A stretch of 64,000 nucleotides of DNA from Anaerolineales bacterium. GTDB lineage: Bacteria; Chloroflexota; Anaerolineae; Anaerolineales; Villigracilaceae. Location: assembly GCA_035506155.1 (NCBI GenBank), contig DATJPX010000160.1, positions 309-64,308 on the forward strand, given 5' to 3'. Position numbers and translations under genes: made by a program. This document shows, in pieces, positions 55,191 to 64,000 of the stretch (its first letter is position 1; every line of letters starts with the position of its first letter). The notes beneath the pieces are model-generated. The model saw nothing but the letters and a program-made list of their open reading frames with translations. It did not search any database and was not told the origin of the DNA.

Positions 55191-55892
55191 ATGCAAGTCA
55201 CCATTAAAATCTTCCGCTATAACCCCGAAAAAGACAAGAAACCTTCCTACAAAACCTATCAACTGGAAGGCGAAGAGACCGACCGCGTCCTGGACCTGCT
55301 CGAGAAGGTCAAGGGCTACCAGGATGGGACCCTCTCCTTCCGCCGCTCGTGCGGCCACGGCGTGTGCGGCTCGGATGCCATGCGCATCAACGGGATGAAC
55401 CGCCTGGCCTGCAAGACCCTGGTGCGCGACACCGGGGCAAAGATCACCGTCGAGCCGATCCTGGGCCTGCGGGTCATGAAGGACCTGATCGTGGACATGG
55501 AGCCGTTCTTCGAGCATTACCGCTCCGTCCTGCCCTGGCTCATCAACGACAGCCCGGAGCCCGAGAAGGAGCGCCCCCAGACCCCCGAGCAGCGCGCCCG
55601 TTTCGACGACACGACCAAGTGCATCCTGTGCGCCTGCTGCACCACCTCCTGCCCGTCCTTCTGGGGCAGCGAGGAGTACGTCGGCCCGGCCGCGATCGTC
55701 GCCGCCCACCGCTTCATTTTCGACAGCCGTGACAAGGCCGCCGACGAGCGCCTGAAGATCCTGAGCGACGTCTTCGGGGTCTACCGCTGCCATACGGTTT
55801 TCAACTGCACCATGGCCTGCCCGCGCGACATCCAGATCACCAAGGCCATCGGCGAGGTCAAGGAAGCCATCGGGGCCGGAAAACCGAAGTAA
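55191..55892 (+). CDS. sdhB: succinate dehydrogenase iron-sulfur subunit
   Basis: 233 aa. CGHGVCGSDA, CILCACCTTSCP, CHTVFNCTMACP cluster motifs. Confidence 0.95.
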   Translation: MQVTIKIFRYNPEKDKKPSYKTYQLEGEETDRVLDLLEKVKGYQDGTLSFRRSCGHGVCGSDAMRINGMNRLACKTLVRDTGAKITVEPILGLRVMKDLIVDMEPFFEHYRSVLPWLINDSPEPEKERPQTPEQRARFDDTTKCILCACCTTSCPSFWGSEEYVGPAAIVAAHRFIFDSRDKAADERLKILSDVFGVYRCHTVFNCTMACPRDIQITKAIGEVKEAIGAGKPK

Positions 55893-55910
55893 CCCTTTAT
55901 CGGCCGATAG

Positions 55911-55941
55911 GGCGGGTGGAATATCCACCCGCCTTTCATTT
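55911..55941 (+). terminator. intrinsic terminator after sdhB
   Basis: 10-bp stem ggcgggtgga / tccacccgcc with a 3-nt loop, then tttcatttt. Confidence 0.7.
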
Positions 55942-55944
55942 TGC

Positions 55945-55979
55945 TTGACAAGTATAAGAATATTATATATAATAATATT
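55945..55979 (+). promoter_or_regulatory. padR promoter TTGACA (55945-55950), 17 bp, TATAAT (55968-55973), overlapped by a 7-bp-arm inverted repeat
   Basis: Perfect hexamers. The inverted repeat aatatta (55959-55965) / taatatt (55973-55979) spans the -10. Confidence 0.55.
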
Positions 55980-56010
55980 ACATATAATCATTCCAACGAG
56001 GAGACATCCG

Positions 56011-56364
56011 ATGAGCCAACTCCAACAGCTGCGCAAAGGCAGCACCCCTCTTTTGATCCTGAGCGTCCTGGCCGACGAAAAAATGTACGGCTACCAGATC
56101 ATGCGCGAGCTGGAGCAGCGCAGCGAGGGTTACTTCACCATGACCGCCGCCTTGCTCTATCCCGCCCTGCATCAGCTCGAAAAGGACGGCCTGCTGGAAA
56201 GCGAATGGGAAGAGAGTCCCGGAAAGCGCCGCCGCAAATATTACAGCATCACCAACCAGGGAAAGAAAGCCCTGGCTGGCACCCGGGCGGATTGGCAGAC
56301 CTTCATGACCAACCTGTTCAAGACGCTCCAGCCGGCCGGAAAGGTCAAGGAGGACAGCCTATGA
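56011..56364 (+). CDS. PadR family transcriptional regulator
   Basis: Trimmed to the ATG at 56011 (GAGGAG upstream). LLILSVLADEKMYGYQIMRELEQRSEGYFTMTAALLYPALHQLEKDGLL...RRKYYSIT. Confidence 0.9.
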   Translation: MSQLQQLRKGSTPLLILSVLADEKMYGYQIMRELEQRSEGYFTMTAALLYPALHQLEKDGLLESEWEESPGKRRRKYYSITNQGKKALAGTRADWQTFMTNLFKTLQPAGKVKEDSL

Positions 56365-57401
56365 CGCCTGACGAATACCTGCGCTCACTCAAGGACCAGT
56401 TGAATGCCTTTCCGCCCCGAGAGCGGGCGGAGCTGCTCGAGGAGATCGCCAGCCACTTCGAAAGCGGCGAGGAGGACCCTCACATGGGCCGGGAGCCGGA
56501 GGAGCGCAGGCAGAAGACGCTCGCCGAAATGGGCTCCCCGGAGCAGTTGGGACAGGGCCTCAAGAAAGTCCATCACCCGGACGGCTGGATCGACTATCTC
56601 CTGGTCATCGGGCCGATCCTGCTTGATATGGCCGTTGTCTACTCTCTCCATTTGGCCGACCCGGCGGGTTCCCAGGCCTTCCGGATCGGATTTGGGTTGG
56701 CCTGCCTCTGCCTGGTTTTGATCGGCCTGCGGCGGCATTCGAACCTGCTGGTCCTGACCTGGATCGAAATATTTGCCACCTGGGTGATTTCGCTCCTTGC
56801 CTCCCTCGGCCAGTTCCTGGTGCCAAAAGTCATCCTGGATCCGGCAGATTTGCGCTATACCATGGTGTTCACCTCGCCGGATGCCCTGCAGGTCAGATGG
56901 TTTCGGGGCCTGCCGGCCGGGGAGGGGATTTTCTGGCTGATCATGTTCGCCGGGGCGATCTACCTGCTGGGCTGGATCATCTGGCGCAATCGCCGGGACT
57001 GGCTGATCGTTTCCTATGCGCTCCTGGAGCTCATCGCCCTGGCCGGCAGTTACGCCGTTCCGCTGCTCCTCCACCAAGCCGGCTGGGACAAGATGATCGA
57101 GGGGGTCAAATTCAGGTCATTCCCGGCCATGATGGTCTGGATGGATCTGCCCATCCTGTTCACCCTCCTGGGGTTCGTCATGTGGGGGATGCTTTTCATC
57201 GCCTACAAGCGTCCGCTGCGCTGGGCCGCCCTGGCCGGCTACGCCCTGTCCGCCGGGCTGCAGGCCGGGGTCTACATGTACCGGCCTTCGGTATACGCCC
57301 TCCCCGAATACTTCCAATTGCTCCTGCTCCCGCTGGCCATCGTTGTCGTGGGGTGGAGCCTGGAACGCTCCAAAAAGCGACCCTCCCCGGTCATCGCCTG
57401 A
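56361..57401 (+). CDS. membrane protein with DUF1700/HAAS-like N-terminus (PadR partner)
   Basis: ATGA overlap with the padR stop. MTPDEYLRSLKDQLNAFPPRERAELLEEIASHFE... followed by about 8 hydrophobic helices. Confidence 0.7.
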   Translation: MTPDEYLRSLKDQLNAFPPRERAELLEEIASHFESGEEDPHMGREPEERRQKTLAEMGSPEQLGQGLKKVHHPDGWIDYLLVIGPILLDMAVVYSLHLADPAGSQAFRIGFGLACLCLVLIGLRRHSNLLVLTWIEIFATWVISLLASLGQFLVPKVILDPADLRYTMVFTSPDALQVRWFRGLPAGEGIFWLIMFAGAIYLLGWIIWRNRRDWLIVSYALLELIALAGSYAVPLLLHQAGWDKMIEGVKFRSFPAMMVWMDLPILFTLLGFVMWGMLFIAYKRPLRWAALAGYALSAGLQAGVYMYRPSVYALPEYFQLLLLPLAIVVVGWSLERSKKRPSPVIA

Positions 57402-57411
57402 TCCTCTAATG

Positions 57412-57441
57412 AACCCCGGTTTCCCAAAGCCGGGGTTTTGT
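57412..57441 (+). terminator. intrinsic terminator after the padR operon
   Basis: Stem aaccccgg / ccggggtt (8 bp) with a 10-nt loop, then ttgtt. Confidence 0.55.
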
Positions 57442-57471
57442 TATCCCGAAAGTGGTATTTTGAATCTCTCA

Positions 57472-57489
57472 ATCCTGTGAACACAGGAT
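57472..57489. promoter_or_regulatory. 18-bp inverted repeat atcctgtg-aa-cacaggat, about 80 nt upstream of the fumarase genes
   Basis: Perfect 8-bp arms with a 2-nt spacer. That is too tight for an RNA hairpin and is consistent with a dimeric regulator site. Confidence 0.35.
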
Positions 57490-57570
57490 ATTCTGCCGTC
57501 CATATCACTGCGCTTTGTTACTCGAAATCCTCCTTAAACTGAGTAAGATTAATTCCAGCATGGAGGCAGT

Positions 57571-58443
57571 ATGCGCGATCTGACCAATGAAATCCTCGAA
57601 CTGATCCGGCGCACTTCCACGGACCTTCCGGCGGATGTAGAAAACCGCCTGCGGGAGGCCGTCGGACGGGAAGCTCCCGGCTCGGCTGCCCGCGGCGCCC
57701 TGGAGACGATCTTGAAAAACGTCGAGCTCTCCAGGCAGAACTCCACCCCAATCTGCCAGGACACCGGAACTCCCATCTTCTATGTGAAATATCCAGCCGG
57801 CTGGTCCACCCGGAAGCTCAAGGAGCAAATCCGCTCGGCGCTGGCCGAGGCGACCAAAAAATCCTACATGCGCCCGAACGCCGTGGACGCCGTCTACGAC
57901 AAGAACTCAGGGAATAACCTGGGCGGGGACGATTTCCCTTACATCCATTTCGAGGAAGTCGAAGGCGATACCCTGACCATCGAGGTGATCCTGAAAGGCG
58001 GCGGCTGCGAGAATGTCGGGGCGCAGTACTCGCTGCCCGATTCGCGCCTGGGCGCGGGCCGCGACCTGGCCGGGGTCCGCAAGGCCGTCCTGGACGCAGT
58101 CCAGCGGGCCCAGGGGCAGGGCTGCGCCCCGGGGATTCTGGGCGTGGCCATCGGCGGGGACCGCGGCTCGTCTTACTTCGCCTCCAAGGAAGTCCTGTTC
58201 AAAGTAATGGGTGAATCCAGCCCCGACCTCAAGCTGGCCGCGCTGGAGAAACAACTTACTGAAGAGGCAAATACGCTTGGGATCGGGCCGATGGGCTTCG
58301 GGGGCAGGACGACCGTCCTGGACACCCGCATCCGCGGCCTCTCGCGCCTGCCGGCCTCGTATTTCGTCTCGGTCTCGTATATGTGCTGGGCCTATCGGCG
58401 ACGCAAGCTGACGGTCCAGAACGATCAGGTCACGTACGATTAG
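57571..58443 (+). CDS. class I (Fe-S) fumarate hydratase / tartrate dehydratase alpha subunit
   Basis: 290 aa. ICQDTGTPIFYV, GGGCEN. Genomic context next to sdh. Confidence 0.85.
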   Translation: MRDLTNEILELIRRTSTDLPADVENRLREAVGREAPGSAARGALETILKNVELSRQNSTPICQDTGTPIFYVKYPAGWSTRKLKEQIRSALAEATKKSYMRPNAVDAVYDKNSGNNLGGDDFPYIHFEEVEGDTLTIEVILKGGGCENVGAQYSLPDSRLGAGRDLAGVRKAVLDAVQRAQGQGCAPGILGVAIGGDRGSSYFASKEVLFKVMGESSPDLKLAALEKQLTEEANTLGIGPMGFGGRTTVLDTRIRGLSRLPASYFVSVSYMCWAYRRRKLTVQNDQVTYD

Positions 58444-58454
58444 CGGAGGCCGCC

Positions 58455-59075
58455 ATGCAACAAGTGAAAATTCCCATCTCCGACGAAACTATCCACAGCC
58501 TGAAGGTCGGCGACCCGGTGGCGTTGACCGGGACCATGATCACCGGCCGGGATGTGGTCCACAAATGGATGATCGAGACCTTCATCAGGAAAACCCGCCA
58601 ACCCCAAGGCGATGACCTGCAAGTCTACGAGGCCCTGAAGCCGATCCTGGACGGCGGCCTGATCTACCACTGCGGGCCGGTCGTCTCCGGCCTGGAGGCC
58701 AAGGAGTATAAGTTCGTCGCCGCCGGACCGACCACATCCATCCGGGAGGAGCCCTACCAGGCCGAAGTCATGAAACATTTCAACCTGAAGGGCGTGATCG
58801 GCAAAGGCGGCATGGGTCCCAAGACCTTGCAGGGCTGCCAGGAAGCGCCGGCCGTCTATTTTCACGCTATCGGGGGCGCGGCGACCCTGATCGCCCGCTC
58901 GGTGACGAAAGTGCTGGGCGTCTACAAGCTCGATTTTGGCGTTCCCGAAGCCATGTGGGTGATCGAGGTCAGGGAATTCCCGGTCGTGGTAACCATGGAC
59001 GCCCATGGCGGGTCGCTCCACAAGGACATCGAAGAAAGCTCCGGCAAGGTGCTGGCAGAGTTGCTGGCGAAGTAG
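58455..59075 (+). CDS. class I fumarate hydratase beta subunit
   Basis: Trimmed to the ATG at 58455 (GGAGG upstream). GDPVALTGTMITGRDVVHKWM, GKGGMG. Confidence 0.85.
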   Translation: MQQVKIPISDETIHSLKVGDPVALTGTMITGRDVVHKWMIETFIRKTRQPQGDDLQVYEALKPILDGGLIYHCGPVVSGLEAKEYKFVAAGPTTSIREEPYQAEVMKHFNLKGVIGKGGMGPKTLQGCQEAPAVYFHAIGGAATLIARSVTKVLGVYKLDFGVPEAMWVIEVREFPVVVTMDAHGGSLHKDIEESSGKVLAELLAK

Positions 59076-59096
59076 CCGGAGAGGCCGGAGGAAAAG

Positions 59097-59804
59097 ATGA
59101 TGGATACAGTTTTGATCACCGGTACAGATAAAGGCTTGGGATTTTCCCTGGTCGAGCGGTTCCTGCGGGGAGGGGCGCGGGTCTTCGCCGGCGCGCTCAA
59201 GGGTCCGGATCGCCTGGCCAAATTGGCGAAGGAATTCCCTACTGCCCTGACCGGGCTGCAGTTGGACGTGACTGATATGGATTCGATCGTCCAGGCGGCC
59301 CAGCAGGTCCGAGCCAGCACGCCCGGCCTGGACATCCTGATCAACAATGCCGGGGTCCATATCGAAAAGGAAATCGCCAAACTGGAGGAGCTAGATTTCA
59401 GCGACGGGCACTTGGAACGCACTCTGGCAGTGAACACCTTCGGCCCATTACGCATGATCCAACAGTTCTTGCCGCTGTTGAAGGCAGGCCAACGAAAATT
59501 GATCATCAATATTTCCTCGGAGGCCGGCAGCATCGCCGACTGCCCGCGCAGCGGTGAGTTTGCCTACTGCATGTCCAAATCCGCATTGAACATGCAGTCG
59601 AAAATTCTCCAGAATTATTTGGGGCCGCAGGGCTTCAAGATTTTGGCTGTCCAGCCGGGCTGGATGCGCACCGACATGGGCGGATCCAATGCGATTATTT
59701 CACCGGATCAATCTGCGGAGGGCATCTTCGCCCTGGCAGGGAGGCGCTGGACTCCGCAGGACGAGATCTACCTGGACTACCAGGGCAAGCCCTTGCGCTG
59801 GTAG
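59097..59804 (+). CDS. SDR family oxidoreductase
   Basis: 235 aa. LITGTDKGLG, NNAG, YCMSKSAL. Confidence 0.8.
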   Translation: MMDTVLITGTDKGLGFSLVERFLRGGARVFAGALKGPDRLAKLAKEFPTALTGLQLDVTDMDSIVQAAQQVRASTPGLDILINNAGVHIEKEIAKLEELDFSDGHLERTLAVNTFGPLRMIQQFLPLLKAGQRKLIINISSEAGSIADCPRSGEFAYCMSKSALNMQSKILQNYLGPQGFKILAVQPGWMRTDMGGSNAIISPDQSAEGIFALAGRRWTPQDEIYLDYQGKPLRW

Positions 59805-59813
59805 GAGACGGGC

Positions 59814-60479
59814 ATGGAAAAGAAACGCGCCCTGCTCCTGTTAGGCGGCACGTGGCACGACTTCGACGGTTTCGCCCAGTCGCTCGGCGCGTGCCTGGGG
59901 TCCCATGGCTGGGAAGTGGAACCCGGCTATGATCTGGAACGCCTGACCCGTCTGGAGCGTGAATCCTGCGATCTGTTAATAACCTACACCTGCTTTTCCC
60001 TCCCTGCCGAGGGCGTACCCGTGACCGGTTCGGAAAAAATGGAGGACGACCAGATCGACGCTTTGACCGCCTGGGTCCGGGCAGGTGGGGCGTACCTGGC
60101 GGCCCATGCCTCCACTTCGCTTGGCAATTCCAGCCCCGCCCTCGGCCGATTGATCGGCGGCGTTTTCATCAAACACCCGCCGATGTTCTCCTTCCCGGTT
60201 TACCCGGTCTACGGGGCACACCCGATCACGGCGGGAATCTCGGCCTTCACCGTCTTCGACGAAATGTACATCGAGCGTTGCGAACCCTTCGTGGACGTGC
60301 ACATGGCGACCGTCCACGAAGGGACCGTTCACCCGCTGGCCTGGAGCAAAAGCGAGGGGCGGGGCCGAGTGGCCCACGTCGCCCTGGGGCATTCCGCCGA
60401 AGTCTGGGGGCTGGAACCCTATCAGCGGTTGATGGTCCAGGCCGCGGATTGGGCCGTGGCAGGACGGAAAGGGGATTGA
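59814..60479 (+). CDS. ThuA-domain (class I glutamine-amidotransferase-like) protein
   Basis: 221 aa. Pattern LLLGGTWHDF...GGAYLAAHAS...FIKHPP...DEMY...PLAWSK is typical of ThuA-like proteins. Confidence 0.6.
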   Translation: MEKKRALLLLGGTWHDFDGFAQSLGACLGSHGWEVEPGYDLERLTRLERESCDLLITYTCFSLPAEGVPVTGSEKMEDDQIDALTAWVRAGGAYLAAHASTSLGNSSPALGRLIGGVFIKHPPMFSFPVYPVYGAHPITAGISAFTVFDEMYIERCEPFVDVHMATVHEGTVHPLAWSKSEGRGRVAHVALGHSAEVWGLEPYQRLMVQAADWAVAGRKGD

Positions 60480-60596
60480 AGATTCGAGACGAATAGGTCT
60501 ATACTCGACCAGATTTTTCTCGGCCGATTTTTTCATTTTGTAGACGGGCGGTCGGGGTGGGACATCCCCGCTCCTAACCCGGGGAGGTGGATCATC

Positions 60597-61529
60597 ATGA
60601 ATCGCACGCGCATCTTTGCTCACCTGTTCCTGGCGGCTCTGGTTGCCCTCGCGTCGGCGCTCTTTTTGCCATTCTCTGGTCAAAAAGTCAGCGCCGCACC
60701 GCCGGCGGATGTGGTAGCCAACTTGGTCTTGAGCAGGGTGACGTCGCTCCCCTCCAAAATGTGCGTCGGCGCTACGGCGAATTTGGTCTTCTCATATACA
60801 TTGACCTCCCTTCCGTACGGCAAACCCGGGCGCGACTACGAGAATAAAGCCATCGTCAGCTCCAGCGCCGTGACGGGGGAGATCAACCCACCCAGCTTGA
60901 GCATTTACGCCAGCACGGGTTCGGGGACATTTAATTTCATCTACGAGGCCAAAAAGGCTGGCACGGATGTTGTCACGATCTCCGCCAGCAGTGGAAGTTT
61001 AAGCGGATCCAAAGATTATAAAGTCCGTGTACTAGACTGTAACAAGAAAGTCACGATCGCAGCCAGCATCTTCAAGCAGGCGCAATATGGTACTGCGGAT
61101 GCGTTCCTGAACGCTACCGGAGGAGTACAGGTTGCTGACAGTGGCAGCGTGACCGGAGGCGGTACGTTTGACTATACCTTCAGCATGAGCTACGCCCCCG
61201 ACGATCCTTCCACCATTTGCGATAAATCTGCCAAGACAAGCGGCAAGTCAACCTTCACCATCAGTGGAGATTCCGACGACAATGGCCAAATCTCGATTAG
61301 TTTTGATTTTGCGCCTTTCAATCTTCCCCCGGTGGTCGTCAACTGTACCGATAAAAGCGGCAAGACATTCCAGGTCACTTTAGTTAAAGGGCAGAATGTG
61401 ACCCCCAATAACGACGTCAATCTCGGCACGCTGAGTTTCGGCGCTGGCGTTGAATCCCAAAACTTTAAATTTGGAGAGGGCGGACAAGGAAGTGTCTGGG
61501 TGGTCGACAAGACGGGGAGCAGCCAATGA
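60597..61529 (+). CDS. secreted beta-rich hypothetical protein
   Basis: 310 aa. Signal MNRTRIFAHLFLAALVALASALFLPFSGQKVSA-AP. Ser/Thr/Gly/Val-rich with four Cys. Slightly lower GC than its neighbours. Confidence 0.65.
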   Translation: MNRTRIFAHLFLAALVALASALFLPFSGQKVSAAPPADVVANLVLSRVTSLPSKMCVGATANLVFSYTLTSLPYGKPGRDYENKAIVSSSAVTGEINPPSLSIYASTGSGTFNFIYEAKKAGTDVVTISASSGSLSGSKDYKVRVLDCNKKVTIAASIFKQAQYGTADAFLNATGGVQVADSGSVTGGGTFDYTFSMSYAPDDPSTICDKSAKTSGKSTFTISGDSDDNGQISISFDFAPFNLPPVVVNCTDKSGKTFQVTLVKGQNVTPNNDVNLGTLSFGAGVESQNFKFGEGGQGSVWVVDKTGSSQ

Positions 61530-63202
61530 AACGCTTAATCCTGCCGCTCGCTCTATCCTTTGCGATCTTGCTGGCCTGCCCGTTCTCGGGAAAAGTCCAA
61601 CCAGGCAGCCAGGTAAAGTCCATGCTCGGGGATCCGCAGGTGGGCCTGGCCAGTCTGAAGAACTACCATGCCACATTGAAAGTGACCTTCCAAGGCACCC
61701 AGGCGGGGCAGACGGTCGACCTGACCGATTCGTATGACCAGACCATCTGGCTCACGCCGGCCGCTCATTTTACGACGATCGATACCACTGACGCGGGAGG
61801 ATCGCATCAGTTCGTCCTGGCTGGCCAAGTAGGCAGTGCACAATATTACCAGGCGGATGCCAAAGCTACCTGCGGAGTCTATTGGGATGAGGCGGCTACG
61901 CCGGCGGATTTCCTGGTCGCTTCGCTTCTCCCGGCAGTCGGGATCGCCAAGCTCGTGGACGAACCAAGCGTAGACGGCATTCCGACCGAACACTATACTT
62001 TCGACGCGAGCGGGCTTGGCCTGCCCAGCGACGCCACTGCCAATGGCGAGACCTGGTTGGCCCAGAGCGGTGGGTACGTGGTCAAGTATGTGCTCGATAT
62101 CACCGGGGCGGATTCCATGTTTGGCGCCGGCGTTCAAGGCACCCGTCACATGGAATATGAGCTTAGCGACATGGGTGCCCAGGCCGCGGTCGTCTATCCG
62201 GCTGGATGCGAGCCAGTGCTTGACCTGCCAGCCATGGATAATGTCACCGACCTGACCCGTCTTCCCGGGCTGCTCTCCTTCACCACCCGCGCCAGCGCGA
62301 AGGCCGTATTCTCCTTTTACCAGGACAAGCTGACCGCCCTGGGCTGGCAGAAAAGTTCGGATTCGGGCATAGGCTCAGATTCCGCAACGACCACGTACAT
62401 TCGCTCTGACTCGGGCGACATGCTCACTGTGGAAGCGGACACACAGGCAGGTTCGTGCGATGTGACGGTGATGGCGCCCTCGTTGGCATCTAGTGCTGCC
62501 TCGACGACCAGCCCGGCCACCACGCCCGGCGCCGATCAGACCCAGGTATCGGGAAGCCCGGTCGTGGTCGTCACGAAATCCGTGAACCTGCTGATCGGGA
62601 CGGATTCCAAGCCATCTGCCCTGCCATCCTTCCACCTCGAATCTCAACTTCTGACGCCCGTCTGGTCTGGAGGCAAGATCGCCCAGGATCGGGAGACGAT
62701 GACTGCGGACGTCCAGGGACAGAATGTCCACTTCATCGACCAGACCAAGAAGGCCGGCGGATCGAATCAAACTGCCGAAGCCTACCTCATGGGAAAACAA
62801 GATTACGACGTCGTGAACGGGAAGGTCCAGCCGGCTGGCGTCAGCATGACCGCCCTGACCTGGAAGATGTGGCCGCTCGACCTGGTGATGATCCTGGCCA
62901 CCGGGGCGACCGACGCCAAAGCCAGCGGGACCGAGACCCTGGAAGGACGCACCGCCGAGGTTTATACGCTGAACGTCTCGGGGGCGACAGCCCCAGCCGT
63001 GGCTGGCATCGGGCTTCCGGTAACGGCCGTCTCCGGCAAGGTCTGGATAGACCAGCAAACCGGGGCGCTGCTCAAGGCGGTCCTGGATTTCCAGGCTGAC
63101 GTGCACGACTCCTCTGGCAATCCCCAAGGGAGCGGATCCGGGCACCTGGAAATCACCGTGACGAAGGTTGGCCAGGTAACCGTAACGCTTCCCGCTCATT
63201 GA
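61526..63202 (+). CDS. hypothetical lipoprotein
   Basis: 558 aa. ATGA overlap with the upstream gene. MKRLILPLALSFAILLAC lipobox. No motif recognised. Confidence 0.65.
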   Translation: MKRLILPLALSFAILLACPFSGKVQPGSQVKSMLGDPQVGLASLKNYHATLKVTFQGTQAGQTVDLTDSYDQTIWLTPAAHFTTIDTTDAGGSHQFVLAGQVGSAQYYQADAKATCGVYWDEAATPADFLVASLLPAVGIAKLVDEPSVDGIPTEHYTFDASGLGLPSDATANGETWLAQSGGYVVKYVLDITGADSMFGAGVQGTRHMEYELSDMGAQAAVVYPAGCEPVLDLPAMDNVTDLTRLPGLLSFTTRASAKAVFSFYQDKLTALGWQKSSDSGIGSDSATTTYIRSDSGDMLTVEADTQAGSCDVTVMAPSLASSAASTTSPATTPGADQTQVSGSPVVVVTKSVNLLIGTDSKPSALPSFHLESQLLTPVWSGGKIAQDRETMTADVQGQNVHFIDQTKKAGGSNQTAEAYLMGKQDYDVVNGKVQPAGVSMTALTWKMWPLDLVMILATGATDAKASGTETLEGRTAEVYTLNVSGATAPAVAGIGLPVTAVSGKVWIDQQTGALLKAVLDFQADVHDSSGNPQGSGSGHLEITVTKVGQVTVTLPAH

Positions 63203-63220
63203 TCCTCCGGCGAACAAAAT

Positions 63221-63253
63221 GAAGGGCGGCCCTTTTATCGAGCCGCCTTTCTT
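63221..63253 (+). terminator. intrinsic terminator
   Basis: Stem gaagggcggc / gccgcctttc (10 bp, one G-U) with an 11-nt loop, followed by tt. Confidence 0.55.
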
Positions 63254-63353
63254 AATCCGCTTATTATGGATAATTTAGGTAAAATAAGTTAGAATGTTAT
63301 GGCTTTCCATCCATTATCCGTTCGTTTTCGTTCGTTCGCCAGGAGGATTTACC

Positions 63354-64000
63354 ATGTCACCCGCAACTGTCAAGAAATCCAAGCTCGAAGGAGAAGTTTT
63401 CTACCCCACTTCGGATGCGGTCGCCCAAACCTACGTCCAGGATTGGGAAGCCGATGCCGGCCGGGCCGGGAAAGACCTGGCCGGCTATTGGGCCGAGCGC
63501 GCCCGGGAGCTGGAGTGGTACAAACCCTGGGACACCATCCTCGACGAGAGTAAAAAACCTTTTTACAAGTGGTTCGTCGGCGGCCAGGTGAACATCATCC
63601 AGAACTGCCTGGATCGGCACGTCCGGACCTGGAGGCGCAACAAACTGGCGCTCATTTGGGAGGGCGAACCGGGCGACCAGCGCAGCTTTTCCTATCACGC
63701 TTTGAACCGGGAGGTAAGCAAGTTCGCCAACGTGCTCAAAGCGATGGGCATCCAAAAAGGTGATCGGGTGACCATCTACCTGCCGCGCATCCCCGAGATC
63801 GTCATCGCCATGCTGGCCTGCGCCAAGATCGGGGCGATCCATTCGGTCGTCTACGGCGGGTTCTCGGTGGAAGCACTGCACGGGCGCATCCTCGACTCGC
63901 ACTCGAAGATCGCCATCACCGCCGACGGCGGCTGGTTGAACGGGAAGATCGTCAAGCTCAAGGACATCCTGGACGAAGCCCTGACCCGCTCCCCAAGCGT
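63354..64000 (+). CDS. acs: acetyl-CoA synthetase (AMP-forming), 5' part; runs off the right edge
   Basis: ATG at 63354 with AGGAGG at 63341-63346. Hand translation: MSPATVKKSKLEGEVFYPTSD...WYKPWDTILDESKKPFYKWFVGGQVNIIQNCLDRHV...ALIWEGEPGD...TIYLPRIPEIVIAMLACAKIGAIHSVVYGGFS. Not in the ORF track because there is no stop in the window. Confidence 0.85.
   Translation, partial: MSPATVKKSKLEGEVFYPTSDAVAQTYVQDWEADAGRAGKDLAGYWAERARELEWYKPWDTILDESKKPFYKWFVGGQVNIIQNCLDRHVRTWRRNKLALIWEGEPGDQRSFSYHALNREVSKFANVLKAMGIQKGDRVTIYLPRIPEIVIAMLACAKIGAIHSVVYGGFSVEALHGRILDSHSKIAITADGGWLNGKIVKLKDILDEALTRSPS

Noticed and set aside
53370-56045. 891-aa minus-strand ORF, the longest in this region
   Set aside because: It is antisense to unmistakable sdhA/sdhB. 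Its composition is Gly/Ala/Asp/Val/Arg/Leu-biased with no motifs, which is typical of a stop-free antisense frame in GC-rich DNA.

Overview
A 64-kb, GC-rich bacterial chromosomal segment. Gene style suggests a Chloroflexota/Anaerolineae-like organism: many GAF/PAS kinases, Ala/Thr/Pro-linker lipoproteins and a QcrABC-type bc complex. That taxonomic call is inference only. All family calls come from motifs read by eye in the supplied translations; no database search was possible.

Layout, left to right:
1. A GH5-like hydrolase, then a lower-GC islet (about 1.95-4.1 kb). The islet carries a lone tyrosine recombinase and a consensus promoter-to-terminator cassette that looks like a small RNA.
2. 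An SDR, and an unannotated 42-aa Lys-rich micro-ORF.
3. Two MarR-controlled exporter operons: an ABC-2/HlyD type, and a heterodimeric MsbA-like type whose MarR operator palindrome lies on its own -10.
4. tRNA-Lys(CUU), followed by a tandem duplicate of its 3' end that looks like an att scar. Next to it sit a signal-less solute-binding protein and a polytopic membrane-EEP protein.
5. A beta-1,4-galactan utilisation locus (18.8-34.2 kb). It holds a secreted GH53+CBM, a signal-less GH53, a lipoprotein GH2, an ABC importer, a pseudo-receiver, an unrecognisable 610-aa protein with an overlapping Zn-ribbon micro-gene, and a 1200-aa TM-less LacI-PBP/GAF/HK/REC/AraC hybrid regulator.
6. A 15-kb same-strand signalling supercluster (34.3-49.1 kb). 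Its distal operon encodes a threonine-synthase-like PLP enzyme fused to a receiver domain, a second ThrC paralogue, a CheY-like protein and a soluble kinase. This is my best candidate for an undescribed system.
7. Core energy metabolism: qcrABC-like bc complex, sdhCDAB and a two-subunit class I fumarase.
8. A PadR pair, SDR, ThuA, two secreted proteins of unknown function, and the 5' end of acetyl-CoA synthetase.

No CRISPR array, rRNA, transposase or prophage structural genes were seen. The many long ORFs antisense to these genes are GC-driven artefacts.
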